DNA from: Eledone cirrhosa
Taxonomy: Eukaryota
Length of the DNA: 64,000 nt
Assembly: GCA_964016885.1 (NCBI GenBank)
Contig: OZ024743.1
Span: 232,252,001 to 232,316,000, forward strand
Direction: 5' to 3'
Of the stretch, positions 34,182 through 49,135 are shown in pieces. The notes under the pieces were generated by a model. It was not told where the DNA came from. It saw only the letters and a program-made list of their open reading frames with translations, and did no database searches. Numbering within the stretch: position 1 is the stretch's first letter; each line of letters begins with the position of its first letter. Made by a program: the position numbers and the translations under genes.

Positions 34182-34594
34182 CGCGTGTGTGTGTGTGTGT
34201 GTGTGTGTGTGATTGTGTGTGTGTGTGTGTAAAACTAAATATATGTGTGTTTGTATGATGTTGTGGCACATGATGTATTGGAAATATTAATGTAAAAATC
34301 GTATAAAAAACAAAACAATCAATATATTGTCAGAATACAATGGAAGTTGATATGAGGGTTCTCAGCTCATGTGTAGAAAAAGGGTCTTTACCAAACAAAT
34401 ATTTCTACACCTCAGGCGACAGGGGATATTTTGAAACGTCTAAACATAAGTATATACTGATACACACCGGTTATAAACACCCACATATAGGAATATGTAT
34501 AACGAGTATGTGAGGGTGTATGATTATACGTTTATCTATGTACGAATGCAACTATATATATGCATATATATATATACACATATATACATATATG

Positions 34595-34640
<46 letters not shown>

Positions 34641-34647
34641 TATACAT

Positions 34648-34720
<73 letters not shown>

Positions 34721-34806
34721 AATGAAAAGTATAGAAATTATTGTAGCAAGAAGCCAACAGTATTCCATAATATATAATATATATATATATATATATACAT
34801 ACACAT

Positions 34807-34847
<41 letters not shown>

Positions 34848-34870
34848 TATAAATATATATATATATACAT

Positions 34871-35003
<133 letters not shown>

Positions 35004-35110
35004 TATACTTCCAATCGCTCATACGTGTATACATATATACGCATGCAGAGACGCAGATGTCTGTATATATATTTTATATATACATATATATATATAGATA
35101 TATATTATCT

Positions 35111-35142
<32 letters not shown>

Positions 35143-35569
35143 GGTGTGTGTGTGTGTGTATGTATATATATATGTATATATATATGTATGTGTGTGTGTG
35201 TGTGTGTGTCAGTTAGGCGTCTGTATGTGAATGTATTATACATTCTTTGATAGAGAGGGAAATCAGAAGTGTGATTGGCGTGCTTATGTTGGATTTTATC
35301 CTTTCGGTTTTGTACAGGGGACAGACCATTCTTTCTTGCTCTGTGTGCCCAGTATACTTTCTCAGAAATCATGACGGATTTTGTCATTTGAATTCTGCAG
35401 ATAATGCGAGTAGATTCATTGATATTTCTAAAATGTGGTATACATAAATAATGGAAATGACGGGATATTTATGATTAGATTCTGTATTCCCTCTTTTCTT
35501 TCTTTGTTTTCTTGGTTGATTCCTTAAAGAAACCCCTCTTTGCGTAGATGTTTGTAGACGTGTGTATAC

Positions 35570-35600
<31 letters not shown>

Positions 35601-35660
35601 AGTACACACACATATATATACAGTATATATATACAAGTACACACACATATATATATATAC

Positions 35661-35691
<31 letters not shown>

Positions 35692-35777
35692 CATATATAT
35701 ATAAATAAAACATGCTAAATATGGTGAAAGTATATATTTAATGTATTATGAGGTATGATATAGATAGATAGATAGAT

Positions 35778-38700
35778 AAGTTTCTATTTATTTGCCACGA
35801 GGGCACAAAAGAAGGGGACAAATACAGGGGGGGGGGGGGTTTACATAAATGAATGAGTAAAAAACAAATAACAAATACAAAATTAACAATACAGTCCTCA
35901 ATAGGGAGGAGACATTTTGGGGGTTACACACACCCCCGAAAAAGTTGCAACCCTTTTCCTTAGGAGCACAGAGAGGGGGTTCTCCTTTGAACTTCCACCT
36001 TTCCACCTACACGCTGATAAAGAGAGAAGGCCCATTCAGACGGGCCATTCTCGCTACTTTCACCCACCTTTCATAAAACTTGCTGGGGTAGAGCACCTCT
36101 CTTTCCATTCTGATCCTTCTCTTAAAATGGTATTTAAAGAAAAGGACCAGTTGTTGGCCGGAGAGAAAGGTGTCTAACCTCAGCCCTTTCAAACGTGTCC
36201 ACCATACCACCTCATTCAACATGGCTATTACACAGAGGAAGACCGCCTCTCCTTCATTTTTGAAGGGGGAGGCGGCTTGATCGTTACAATGGACTCGGTG
36301 GTCAATGGTTTCCTCGTTGCGCACGCATCTGGAGAAGATCTTTTTCGAGGGGTTCCTACTCCGGCGCCCGTGTCTGTAGAGCTTTTCTCGAACGGGCAGC
36401 GCCCCTCAGTAGCACTGCCAGGCCAGGGACATCTGGAAATTGTCCATAGGTCACGGGCAAAATGTCCTCCCAAATAGGCTGGCCAGTTCGTCTTCTTCCA
36501 TGCCTAGGGCTTGTCCGAGGGCGTCGTCGCACCTATTAACCACCAGCCCTCTATAGAATGACGAAGTGGAGTCTCCACCGATAGCCGGGTCCGCCTGCCA
36601 GAGAGCCGTAAGGGCCCGGGCACACTCGGTGTGCCCAGGCACCCAGTTTTCTCGTTCTTTGCTTGACCCAGGATTGCAGCTCGGTGAGCGCGACGAGTCT
36701 TTGAAAGGCTCGCCTCACAAACGGGGCCCACACCGGTTGCCCGGTGAGGAATACCTGGAGGTGCCGTAGCCTTAATGCGTGTTTACGAATCATCAGCCAC
36801 GGCATCCCCAGCCCTCCTTTCGAAGGGTGTTGACAGCAGATGGATCTCCTCACCAAAGGAGCCCGCTTCTTCCAAAGCAATGGGAAGAGTGCGCGCTCCA
36901 TTTTGGTCAGCATTTCCCTTGGGCAAGGCACGACGGTCAGGCGGTAATACATGACGGACGCTATATAAGCGTTCGCCACCTCCGCCCGACCTTTCAGGGA
37001 TAGTTTGCACTCAGCCCACTTCTTTGTCAGTGCAAACACCCTGTTCGATACCTCAACCCAGTTCTTCTCCACCTGGATGTCTGGCCCGAACCAGACCCTG
37101 AGCAACTTCACTGGGCCCTCCGTCCAACGTCCGACGACGCCGTTGGAGGCCATCGGTTTGCCCCTCCACTCGCCGAGTTGCAAACCGACTGACTTGTCGC
37201 GGTTCAGCTTAGCCCCTGCAAACTTTTCGGATTCCTCCAGTAAGGTGCCGATCACCCCGATTTCCGAGGCGGTTGACACCATTACTGTCACGTCAACGGC
37301 GTAGGCTGACACGGCTTTCCGCAATCCCGGTTCCAAAGGGATAGCCTGTAACAACTCCAACTTCCGCAGCATGGCTCGAGGGCCAATACATACAGAAGGG
37401 AGGAGAGAGGGCTTCCCTGTCGGATGGACCGCGTGATTTCGAACGGCTCCGAGAGTTAGCCGTTCACCTTGACTCTAGAGCAGATGCGGCTGCTGTGCAT
37501 GGCAGTGATCCAGCCCCTGAAAACGGGTCCGAAACCTGCCGCCACTAACACCGCATCCAGGTAACGATGGTCGACCCTATCGAACGCCTTAGATTGATCC
37601 AAGTTGATCATGGCCCCACCAAAGCCGGGTTCGTTCCCAACCCACTCTATGATCTATCGCATGAGATGGAGGTTGTCGTGAATCGACCTGGACGGGATGG
37701 CGCATGTCTGCACATCTCCCACCAGGTTGCCCACGACAAGCGCCAACATCTTTGCTAACACCTTGGCCAAAATCTTTAACTCTGCATTTAGCAGTGTTAT
37801 GGGACTAACATTACTTATTTGATCCCCCTTGTTCCCTTCCTTCCTCACTAGCGAGACTACGCACTTGGTCACAGAACAGGGAATTCTCCCGTTCTGTTGC
37901 CAGTTGCAGTAGACCGCATCGAGGAGATCGCAGAACAAGTCCGGCATACATAAATACAGTACGTATGGAAAACCATCGAGGCCCGGAGATTTGCGTCTGC
38001 CGCATTGGCTAAGCACGTCCCCTATTTCAGCAGCTGAGATCAGCCTCTCGCAGGAGTTCGCCTCCTCGTCCGAAAGACGCGGCAGGCCGTCGAGGTATGG
38101 ACCGAGGTCTACATCCCATCCGGCCCCTCGCCCCTTCCGAACAATCGGACAAAGTGCCTTTGAAAGGCCTCCAACATCTGCTTAGGTTCAAAGATCACCC
38201 GTCCATACTGGTCTCGCAAAGACCGGATAGTGGATCTAATCCCACTTTTAGCTTCTGTCACGCGGGCCCAGCTAACAGCTTTGGTCCTCTCGTTTCCCAG
38301 AGCACGTATTTTGCTTCGGACAACTCAGCCTTCGTATTTCGCGTCGAACAACTGGCCCAAGGCCGTTCTCGACGCTACCACTCTGGCTACGTCGCCGCTT
38401 CTAATTGCCTCTTCTACACTATCAACCAACTCCCTTTCCTTCCTATTTCTATCTGAGGCTAACTCCTTACTAACTCCTATTGAAGCTACTCTAATCTCTC
38501 TTTTGAGAGAGCCCCACCACCTGCTGTTGGCGATGGCGCCCGTCAACCGCTCCTTAACTAAAGTACTTATCCGGTCCCTGTAAGCTTTACTTGCCGGTAA
38601 GGACAAGTTGAGCTTCCAGTAACCGGGTCCCTGTCTATGCGTTCTATCAAGGTTGACCATGGAGGTCACTAACTTGTGGTCTGAATAACCAACCATGAGA

Positions 38701-41436
38701 ATTTCTGGACAACTTAAAAAGTCCCTATACTTATTTCTAACTAAGAACCTATCTAGATACGATCTAGATTGACCGCTATGGTATGTCCAAGTCCAGGTTG
38801 GCACAGTTGGAAAATCTATTCGATATCTATCGGCCAGGTCGAATCGGCGGATTAACCCCTTGAGGCTGTTACAATCCCCTCTATCAGGACATGCCCTACA
38901 TAGTCCCAACTGCATCTAGGATACCATTCCAGTCCCCCACTAAAAGCAAGGAGCGGGAGGTCCCTAGAAAAGTCTCCAGACGATGGAAGAAGTCCGGCCG
39001 CGTTGACCCAAAAGGGCCGTAGACGGCGACCAGCCTAAAAACTCCACCTTCACCACTGCCAAGGTCCAGAACCATTAGTCGATCCTCCGGGTCCAAGTGT
39101 ACCGTCTGTGTAGCAAGACCCAGATGTTTTTGCAGCAGAACGACAACCCCACCCCCACCTCCGGGCTGACAGAGAGATGCGTGCATCTCAAAGTCATCAA
39201 AAGTGGGGGCCAGCTGTCGCACGCTGTTGATCCGGGCCTCGCAAATAACCATCACATTTATACATCGTGACCTGAGGTCATTTAGAAGCATTGCTTGCTT
39301 CCAAGGTGTGCCCAAGCCACGCGCATTTAGACAACCTACTCTCAACACAGCCATGTTGGTGGTAAAGAGAAAAAGCACTTACCTCTCTGCGTCCTGGGGA
39401 CCGGGCCGCACAATTTCCATGGGGATGAGGGATGGGTTGTTGGGTGGGGTGGTGGTTTGTGGAAGTGTAGGGGCTCAGAGTGTGTGGTGGGGTTGGGGTG
39501 TTTGGAGTTGTGTGTGTGTCTGGGGAGGATTTTTAGGAGGACACGGTTAATGGGTCTGACGCAAGGGGGCCCCACGTCCTCTTTAAAAGTGTATTTTAAC
39601 GTTTTATAAATGTCCATTGGGGCTTTTATCATTTTTAGATGGGGAAGCCCCTTTGCTTGTGCGAATTTCGAATCTTCGGTTTTTATTAAGTTGTTATTAT
39701 AAATAACGTTAAACAGTTTTTTTGTTTATTGTGTTTATGTAAGTGTATGCATATTTTTCTTTTTGTGTGATGTTTTTTGTTTGCTGTTGTTGTGTTTTTT
39801 TTTGTGTTGATGTCTGTGTTATGTATTGGGACGGGTTGTTTGTATTTGTGTTTCTGTGGTGTGTTTTCTTTTTTTTCTTTTAACTTTATGAAAGTGCCCC
39901 CCCCCCCCTCTCGTCTGACGACGAAAGGGGATCGTCTTCCGTATTCGAGGGGAGGGGTACATTTTCGGCTCGCATTTGTGGTGTGGGTATTATTGTATTT
40001 ATTTTATGTGTGTGTGGGAGGGGGGATTCAGTTGTGTTTTAACTTGTGGTGTTAGTTGTTTTTGTGGTGGTGGTGGAGGTTGTGTTGGTAGTGTTGTAGT
40101 TGTTGGTGTGGGCAAAATCCGTGTTTTTTTGTTTGCTTGGGAACAGGCAGCCTTCAGGTGACCTCGTCTATCCTCCACCATGATGTGTAAGTAGGCAAGC
40201 CCATCCAGCAATATGCGGTCGGGGATCCTAGCAATTCGTTCTGGCTGCATTTGCACCAGAACTTGCAGGCTAGTTCCACCGAACACGTTGCTAGAAGACT
40301 TACCTACAGAAATTACTGCATCTTCTTTCAAGTCGAAGAGGCCACACAGTACCGCCCAGAAATCAATATCTGGATCGATACTGTGTATGGTCAATCTTTG
40401 CGTTCTTCTTTCCAAATAAGTGGAGAAGAAGGTAAATAAAGGGGACACAATTGGGGCCAGGGAATGTTTTTCGGCCGTCAATTTATCTTTCATTCGGATG
40501 GATAGACTACCGTAGAGTCTATCCTTCCGAATGAATACAATGTTTTTCAGATGATCTTTTAAAGCCAGTTCAATCTCTGTCTGTGTGAGTTGTACTGGCT
40601 TACGGGTTTTGTTTGATATTGTCCTATAAATAATAGTTTTTAAGCTATTTTCCTTTTTTAGCTCTGGGGAAGAATTTAAAGATAATAGACCATTCTCCTC
40701 CAAAGTTATATACTTCCGTGCATTTTCCATTTGCTGGGCCATGTTCGAAATGTCAATAGGTTCATACACAATGTTTTGTTTTTTTATAGTTTGAGCGAAC
40801 GTCATTTTGTTCGCTCCTTTCTTTGTTTACATTTGTCGAAATGTGGTTGTTTTCTTGTTTTTTGTTGTTACAATTTTCATTTTTTGTTGTGTTTGTGTTA
40901 TTTATGTTGGTGTATGCGTTCACAATTTTTTTCCCCATTGGGGTTAGACTCCATTTTTTCAAAATGTTCACTTATATTTTCAGTATCCGTGAGACTTCTA
41001 GTCACAGCTACTACTTCTCTTTCACCTTTGCTGGTGGGCGTGGCACCGTGAAAATTCGAAACGGCATCCATTATTGTTGGCAATTTCTCCGAGTCAATTT
41101 TTTTCACATTTTTTTCATTAGGGTTAGGCTCCATTTTTTCAATGTTTCTAATAATCATTATTCTTTCAGTAGGGTGGCTTGTTGCCTCCGCTACCGGCTC
41201 TCTTACAGTTTGTTTAGAGGGCGTGTCATCGTTACCTGTGGTAATGGCTTCCATTACCACTAACGTAGAGACAATCACAAGATTTTTAGGATGAAAAATT
41301 TCACCCCAAAAGGGGTGAAATAAATTAACCCTAATGTCCGAAGGGGGTTAATTAACACAATAACGCAAGAATACAGACAAACACTTACTGTTAACACGTA
41401 ATATATCCAATAATCGAGGAGTATACCATCCGGAAA
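35778..41436 (-). mobile_element. Near full-length Tx1/L1-clade LINE in (GATA)n, disrupted
   Basis: ORF2: VGCLNARGL, LLVGDWNGILD, SRSYLDRFLV, YSDHKLV, GPGYWKLN, KSPGLDGFP, PITLLNAELKILAK, SAYAVDVT, GGLGMP. ORF1 remnants at 39999-41278. (TAGA)n on both flanks. Confidence 0.88.
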
Positions 41437-41502
41437 TAGATAGATAGATAGATAGATAGATATTGATATATGTATCTGAGTGTGTGTGTATGTATGTGTT
41501 TA

Positions 41503-41534
<32 letters not shown>

Positions 41535-41585
41535 CCTTACTATTTATATGTGTGTGAGCGTGTGTGTGTGTCCATGAGAAATAGA

Positions 41586-41633
41586 TTGAAAACATTAACA
41601 GAAAACCTTTAGGTTTTCTGTTAATGTTTTCAA
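41586..41633. repeat. Perfect 23-bp hairpin with 2-nt loop
   Basis: ttgaaaacattaacagaaaacct-tt-aggttttctgttaatgttttcaa. Confidence 0.85.
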
Positions 41634-42024
41634 GCATACGTAATTTTAACCTATCTTGTATTTATTAGAATTGTATAGCCTGTTTTCAATGAATCATCGA
41701 TACTACTCCTGAAGATTTAGATAAAATTATCTTAAAATTCTTCGAACGTTGGTAAATATCTATCGGAACTAATAAAAACAGTTAGGTTTGTAAATAGTCC
41801 CCAAAAAATCTGTAACGCTTCACACGTTCGCTTCAACTTCTAACCGACTTCAGAACAAATCTCTGATAATATTTTACCCATGTTAATTTTCAGCTATTTT
41901 GACTAATATATATAAAGAAACACTATGAAGTTTCGTTTATATGTATTTAAATTTTGTTTGTATCGAACTGTTACGCGCGTTTCATAGTGGTCACCCATAG
42001 AATTTATGGCGCTTCACAATCGCC

Positions 42025-42078
42025 TGTCAGAAGAGCAGATCGATATTGGAGTCAATCACTTGCGAAACGAGCGTAATA
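42025..42078 (+). ncRNA. Degenerate hammerhead ribozyme
   Basis: TGT-CAGAAGA-GCA...TGC-GAAAC-GAGC-GTA/ATA, with a U4A change in the core. Confidence 0.45.
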
Positions 42079-42091
42079 TATCGATACACAA

Positions 42092-42513
42092 TCTATATAT
42101 TAGTAAAAATGCTGTGATTGCTTGCTTGATTGCTTGCTTGATTGCTTGTCTGTAATGTAATACAGCCAAATGGTGCATAATGGGAAAATAATTTGAAAGA
42201 AGTTGACCCTGAAATGGAAATACAAATGGAATAAAACGAGTTTCGTGTAAATCGGAGCTCGGGTTCCCGATGTATGGGTTTTTCTGGATACCTTCATAAA
42301 TAGCCAAAACGGTGCATAATGGAAAAATGCTCTGAAAGTAACATAACCCTACAAACCTTCATAAATAGCCAAAACGGTGCATAATGAGAAAATACTCTGA
42401 AAGTAACATAAACCTGAAATGGGAATTCAAACGGAATAAAACAAGTTTGGCGTAAATCAGACATATACAATACCTTCAACTATTGGTGACCCAACGGGTC
42501 ACGGGTAGTGTAG
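42092..42513 (+). mobile_element. Probable non-autonomous Helitron
   Basis: A|TCTATATAT 5' start, (TGCT)-type microsatellite near the 5' end, internal ~60-bp tandem repeats, 3' hairpin GTGACCC-aac-GGGTCAC, then GTAG|T (degenerate CTAG). Confidence 0.6.
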
Positions 42514-42639
42514 TAAACACTAAAAGCATGTAAACGAAAAGGTCGTTTTTCTTAATATATACACTCTGCCTGTACATCGATTGCTCGTTTTGATAGGAAC
42601 ACCAGAATTTCACTGAATCACATGCACTATATATATATA

Positions 42640-42870
42640 TTGTTATACTTTGGGAGAGTCATGCTTCCAATAAAAGAACACACGTACTTATTGGGTTTCA
42701 TTTCAGTGTATTATAATTTCCCAGGGTATTAATTTAATAACCTGATGGGTTTTTTATTGTTGATTGTCATAAAAGCTCTTTCGCCACACTTTCTTTGACC
42801 TCCTCAGTGACTACTTTATTTTGTTATTTTCCGTCTCTCCTTTGTTCTTCCCTACACCATCTTGTCTTTG
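42640..42870 (-). mobile_element. Pseudo-LTR fragment related to PLE family A, with HHR at 42766-42811
   Basis: tgttatactttgggag.gtcatg as at 12444-12467. Minus strand: GTCA-CTGAGGA-GGTCA...TGGC-GAAAG-agct-tTTA/TGAC. Another family-A-like 3' end lies at ~50610-50725. Confidence 0.7.
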
Positions 42871-43951
42871 CGAGCTATATATATATTCTAAAATTGATCT
42901 ATTAGTGAGTTAGTAATTTGGTGATTAGTGAAAGCATCGACCCGTCTCGGCACTAAATGAATCCTATGACCAACAGAAAAGTTGATATCCTTACATTGCC
43001 AATCAATATCCTGTATATAAGAGAAGAGTCTCTCCAACTTTGCCTGCATAGACACTATGATTGTTTGTAATCGTTAAAAGATATCCTTGTTCCAGAATAA
43101 TTTCATCTGTATATAACAGAAGAACCAAGAGCGCCTCTTAATTATATGTTCCCCATTATCTCCCGTTCGTCTGTTTCACCGGATACTGTCTAGCGACATT
43201 GACAAATACCTCCTAAACCCTATATGGAATAAATTGTATTTGTTTTTTCTTTATGTACTTCCCCTGCCGCAATAGCAACAGACCGCTACAATTGTCAGAG
43301 TACACCACCACAAACTGTACAACATTACAAAATATTATCTCCACTAAAGTACAAAATAAGTAGCTCCAGAAGAAAGTATACACGTCGCACTAACACACTG
43401 CTATCACAAGACAACCCCTCCGTTACTGCAGAGCACACGACCAAATCCAACATTACACTATCACATCAGTACACATCTATCACACAACAACACCTCCATT
43501 TCTCCACGGCATTACAACAACCCCAGGCATTATGACACAAATACAACACATATATATCACACAACAAAACCATAATCTTCATAACTAACTTCACACTATA
43601 ACACATGCACATAGTCACTATCACATAATCATACGTACCACAAACCGTCAGTAAATAAACATGGTGAGCCACACCACCACTATACCACAAAATACACCCT
43701 AAAGATATCAATAATATATTGATTTCCTAAACAGTATGATAATTTTGAAACTGGAATATTTACAAACCTAACTCAGCATTAAATGTTAAAAATACGAAAC
43801 AGCAAGATCAACAAAACAAAATAGTAAAAGGTATTTCCAAGCTACATAGAAATACAAAAAAAATGACGAACATTTTTTAATATTGAATAAAATAGGAATA
43901 ACAATTTTGCATAGACGTAGTTCTACATATGTCTGTCTGTGTGTGTGTGTA

Positions 43952-44104
<153 letters not shown>

Positions 44105-44213
44105 GTATATATATGTATATGTAAATATATGTATGTTCAAATATATATATTCATATATACATGTTTATACATATGTAGGTAGGTATACATACACATGGCA
44201 TATATAATTATGT

Positions 44214-44269
<56 letters not shown>

Positions 44270-44283
44270 TTGGCATATATAAT

Positions 44284-44353
<70 letters not shown>

Positions 44354-44356
<3 letters not shown>

Positions 44357-44480
44357 CGAAGGAAATGTGGTAAGGAACCAGATGGACCATAACGCACCAA
44401 AGTACTCAATACTTAGGGTAGTAGAGTGGGTAATAGGAACGAGTAGGACCCCGACGGCTGAGCTCAAGCGGTTTCGACGG

Positions 44481-44482
<2 letters not shown>
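44354..44482 (-). mobile_element. 3'-end fragment of PLE family C in (TA)n
   Basis: Reverse complement of ~59227-59353. Confidence 0.8.
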
Positions 44483-44522
<40 letters not shown>

Positions 44523-44652
44523 CATATATAATAGATATACATCTATATATATATATACGTGTACAATGTATATACATGTATATATATATATAGAGAGAGA
44601 GAGATATACATGTATATATATATATTTATATGTATATATACATGAATATATG

Positions 44653-44683
<31 letters not shown>

Positions 44684-44879
44684 ATATATGTTTGTATATA
44701 TATATATATATATGCATATATATATATATATACAGAGAGAGAGATAGATATAATTACATACAATTTCTTCCTTCTTAGTATTGAGTGCTTCAATACGTAA
44801 CTGGTCTCTTTAAACAGTATTAAAGTGACATAAAATTTATATATGTATGTGTAAGTGTGCGTGTATGTGCACCGGCGTG

Positions 44880-44923
<44 letters not shown>

Positions 44924-44932
44924 TGTATGTGT

Positions 44933-45046
<114 letters not shown>

Positions 45047-45197
45047 GTGTGATGTTGAGTGAACCTAATTATCGCCAAAGGCATCGTATTTTACCGATGG
45101 AGGGAACATTTTAGAGATAATAAATTTAGATACGTGTATGTATATAGACTGCAAGTGTGTTTATGCATACATTCATGCGAGGGTGTATATGTATGTA

Positions 45198-45262
<65 letters not shown>

Positions 45263-45315
45263 ATATATATATATATATAATATATATATATAATATATAT
45301 ATATATATATAATAT

Positions 45316-45353
<38 letters not shown>

Positions 45354-45808
45354 ATGTGTGTGTGTATATATATACATACATTCTGTCAGTCACACTTACT
45401 CTCGACTGGCCTCTTCCTCGCACTTCCACTCACTCACTCTCTGCTTCTCCCCCTCTCACTTCCTCCCGTTTGGCCTGTGTGGGTCCTTTCTCACTCACAC
45501 GTCGCCCATGTCGGATGGTCTGTATATATCTCTCGCCCATGAAATTCACCCAGCTTAAGCTGAATAAATATCATGTGCTTGTTTCTTCCTATCTTTCCGT
45601 TGCAATACCATGTTTGTTTGTTTACTTGTCTCGCTCGCTTTACGCTATATTACTTGTCCCAATAGCTTTATTTAGCTATTGCTCGCACCAACTGGAGGTA
45701 TATGATTTTTAAACGTTGAAATACCAATGAAAGTTGGAAAATCACTGATGAAGGACTAATTTTATTCATATGTAACCCAAGTGCAACCACGCAGCACTCA
45801 ATCTTCTC

Positions 45809-45933
<125 letters not shown>

Positions 45934-46454
45934 ATATATATATATGAGTGCCTGTGTATATATATATACACATAAACTTATATGTCTATATATAATCATT
46001 TTAAAAATGTATACATATATATAATTGAATAAACAAGAGAGATGAACACTAATATACATATACATGCGTTCGAATCGCAAGGACTAGGTTAGCTAGGGTG
46101 AACAAATACTAACTACAGCAATTTGGTTTGTCAGACGTAATTTTAAGTAGAAAATTAAGAAAAATACCAGACCTATATCGGGCAATAGCCTGGTAACAAC
46201 TAGACAGGTTTGAAAACAGTTCCGCAACATCTTATTAAGGGAAGTCAACATCTTTCTCTGCACCTCAGTAGTTGTTGAGAAATATTAGATGACTGAATTG
46301 TGTGCGATATGAAATAGCGCACGAGTATCCGGGACCCAGCTTGTCTCGAAATTCCATGCCGCTAAAAATAGCAGCCTGGTTAACAAGACATTAAAATTAT
46401 GTCTACATGATGGAGCCGACAAATGTATAAATAGGCAAATATACATATGTATGC

Positions 46455-46525
<71 letters not shown>

Positions 46526-46567
46526 TAAATATTTGTATATATATATATAAATATTTATATATATATA

Positions 46568-46635
<68 letters not shown>

Positions 46636-46814
46636 TTTATATATATATATATTTATATATATATATATTTATATATATATATATATATTTATATATACTT
46701 AGGGTAAACATTGATGCAATTCAAATCAGGCACTCAACGTACTTATTCCACGTAGGAGTGACGGAGTAAATATCGAATAAGGAAAAGCGAAGTAGTTTCA
46801 GATGTTCAAGTCCT

Positions 46815-47002
46815 TTAATAATAATTGTTTCTACGTTAGGCACAAGGCCAGCAAATACCCAGTGTATTACTGGTACTTTATTTTATCGACCCTGTAAGGA
46901 TGAAAGGCAAAGTTAACCTCGGCGGGATTTGAACTCAGAATGGCAAGGGCCGTAACTCTATGCGTCAAAGCATGGCATCCGACACTCTACCAATACTGCC
47001 AG
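46815..47002 (-). mobile_element. tRNA-derived SINE (same family as 1731-1921)
   Basis: ggatgaaaggcaaagttaacctcggcgggatttgaactc. Confidence 0.8.
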
Positions 47003-47076
47003 CTGTGATATATATTTCAATGGCGAAAGTGGCCACACTGTTCTGTGGGCCAGTCTCGCGACATCGTCAGACAGCT
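47001..47076 (-). ncRNA. Type I hammerhead ribozyme in a structured non-coding element (~46700-47650)
   Basis: Minus strand: AGCTGT-CTGACGA-(long stem II, gcgaga/tttcgc and tggc/gcca)-GAAAT-ATAT-ATC/ACAGCT, with a perfect 6-bp stem I. Confidence 0.7.
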
Positions 47077-47767
47077 TGTTACATAATATGGTTATGTTTC
47101 CGAGGCAATCCAAATTGAATCGACATGGGAACGGACGAAGTATGTGCTTTTGGGTACTTCATCCGTTCCCCTGTGAGTACCAATTCTCCCCGACTGGTCT
47201 GCGCAGGCGCAGGTCCAGGGGGAGGTTGACCATTAGCTACCGCAGATTTAAACGAAATTCGCTTAATCAGTTCACTCTCTCAGTCAGACAATGACCCATT
47301 CAAGCCTGCACCATAGTTTACTGCTACCCATCCCGTCTGTGGCAGTCAGCCGAAAGCCCGTAGGGATGGGAGAGTGTTAGTATTTACAGATCTCTTTACT
47401 ACCTCTCACAATCATGGACAGTATAACTGACCATCAACCCCTAAGAGGATATATTTAATTCTATGTATCATAGTTTCATATTGGAAGTTATAAGTGAAAT
47501 TAGAACAAAAAATTACAATTTAAAATCGAAAATCCTAAATCAAGTATCAGAAATTATAAATTAAACAATTAAAGATTTTTCAAGTGAGAATCCGGATTGA
47601 GGCGAGTAAAAAAATTATAGATTGAAGTGAGTAAATAATATGCAGAGAGATGTTTATCTATACATATATATATATATATATATATGTATAGATTTTTAAA
47701 ATTAATATATATAGACATACGTTTATGTGTATATATATATATATATACACATAATTATGTATATATA

Positions 47768-47807
<40 letters not shown>

Positions 47808-47830
47808 GCACATAATTATATATATATATA

Positions 47831-47872
<42 letters not shown>

Positions 47873-47889
47873 GCACTCATATATATATG

Positions 47890-47927
<38 letters not shown>

Positions 47928-48032
47928 AACATATATATATATACATACATATATACATACATACATACATACATACATACATACATACATACATACATAC
48001 ATACATACATACATACATACATACATACATAC

Positions 48033-49044
48033 ATGGCGGCGGCTGCCAACTCGTTTTTCGAGTACGGCCACTACTTTATATCCATGTAGGAGAACTCCTA
48101 CCGATGTGCTGAACGAGTGTGACTCTTTAGTCCAGCCAGCGACCTGAAAACTCTGGCACAAACACTACACCCGCGACAATTATTGACACAGTGCTGGGCC
48201 CACGGCACCATGTGACGACAAGTGCAGAGAGAGCTCCAGATACAAAGCAATGCCCGTGCCGTGAAGCCTCCACAGTGAGCAAAGTCACTGCACAAAGCCA
48301 GTCCCCCCCCCAACCAAGACAATATTTACCAAAAAGAAGAACAAGTCAACATCATTGGATACCATCAGAGTTGCAGGTGTTATATCAGAGTTTTCCTTCT
48401 CCTAGAATTCTGCCTTGACAAAGGCTAAGGGGTCATCTCCCGGTATGTATATATATATATGGTGGCTGCCAACTCGTCCTCGAGTACGGCCACCACTTTA
48501 TATCCATGTAGGAGAACCCCTACCGATACGCTGAACGAGTGTGACGTTTCAGTCCAGCCAGCGACTTGAAAACTCCGGTACAAACACTACACCTGTGACA
48601 ATTATTGACACATAGTGTTGGGCCCATGGTACCATGTGAGGACAAGTGCAGAGAGATCTCCAGATATAAAGCAATGCCTGTACCGTGAAGCTTTTATAGT
48701 GAGCAAAGGCACTGCACAAAGCCAGTCCCACCCTCTTAACCAAGATGATATTTACCAAAAAGAAGAACCAGTCAACATCATTGGATACCATCAGGGTTGC
48801 AGGTGTTATATCAGAGTTTTCCTTCTCCTAGAATTCTGCCTTGACAAAGGCTAAGGGGTCATCTCTCCCTGTGATTTTGGATGGCCATTGACTCTTAAGA
48901 GCTCCTTTGCCCTTTGACAGGTTTTGTTTTTAGTCCTGCAGGATGTCCAAAGTCACCCTCCTCACCAAGAAACCTTGGTGGGGTTGCCAGTTTAGTCGCC
49001 AACGACCCGACCATGAGACAGGGTCGTTGGCGACTAAACTGGCA
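48033..49044 (-). mobile_element. Two tandem copies (48033-48443, 48460-49020) of the non-autonomous RTE-like element, with a 24-bp fold-back at the 5' end
   Basis: Reverse complement of 2004-2600. Flanked by (CATA)n. Confidence 0.7.
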
Positions 49045-49135
49045 TACATACATACATACATACATACATACATACATACATACATACATACATACATACA
49101 TACATACATACATACATTCATACATACATACATAC

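Noticed and set aside
45373-45770. Possible solo LTR (TATA-like, AATAAA) and a CTGATGA at ~45745
   Set aside because: No clear TG...CA ends or TSD, and no GAAA or stem III after the CTGATGA.
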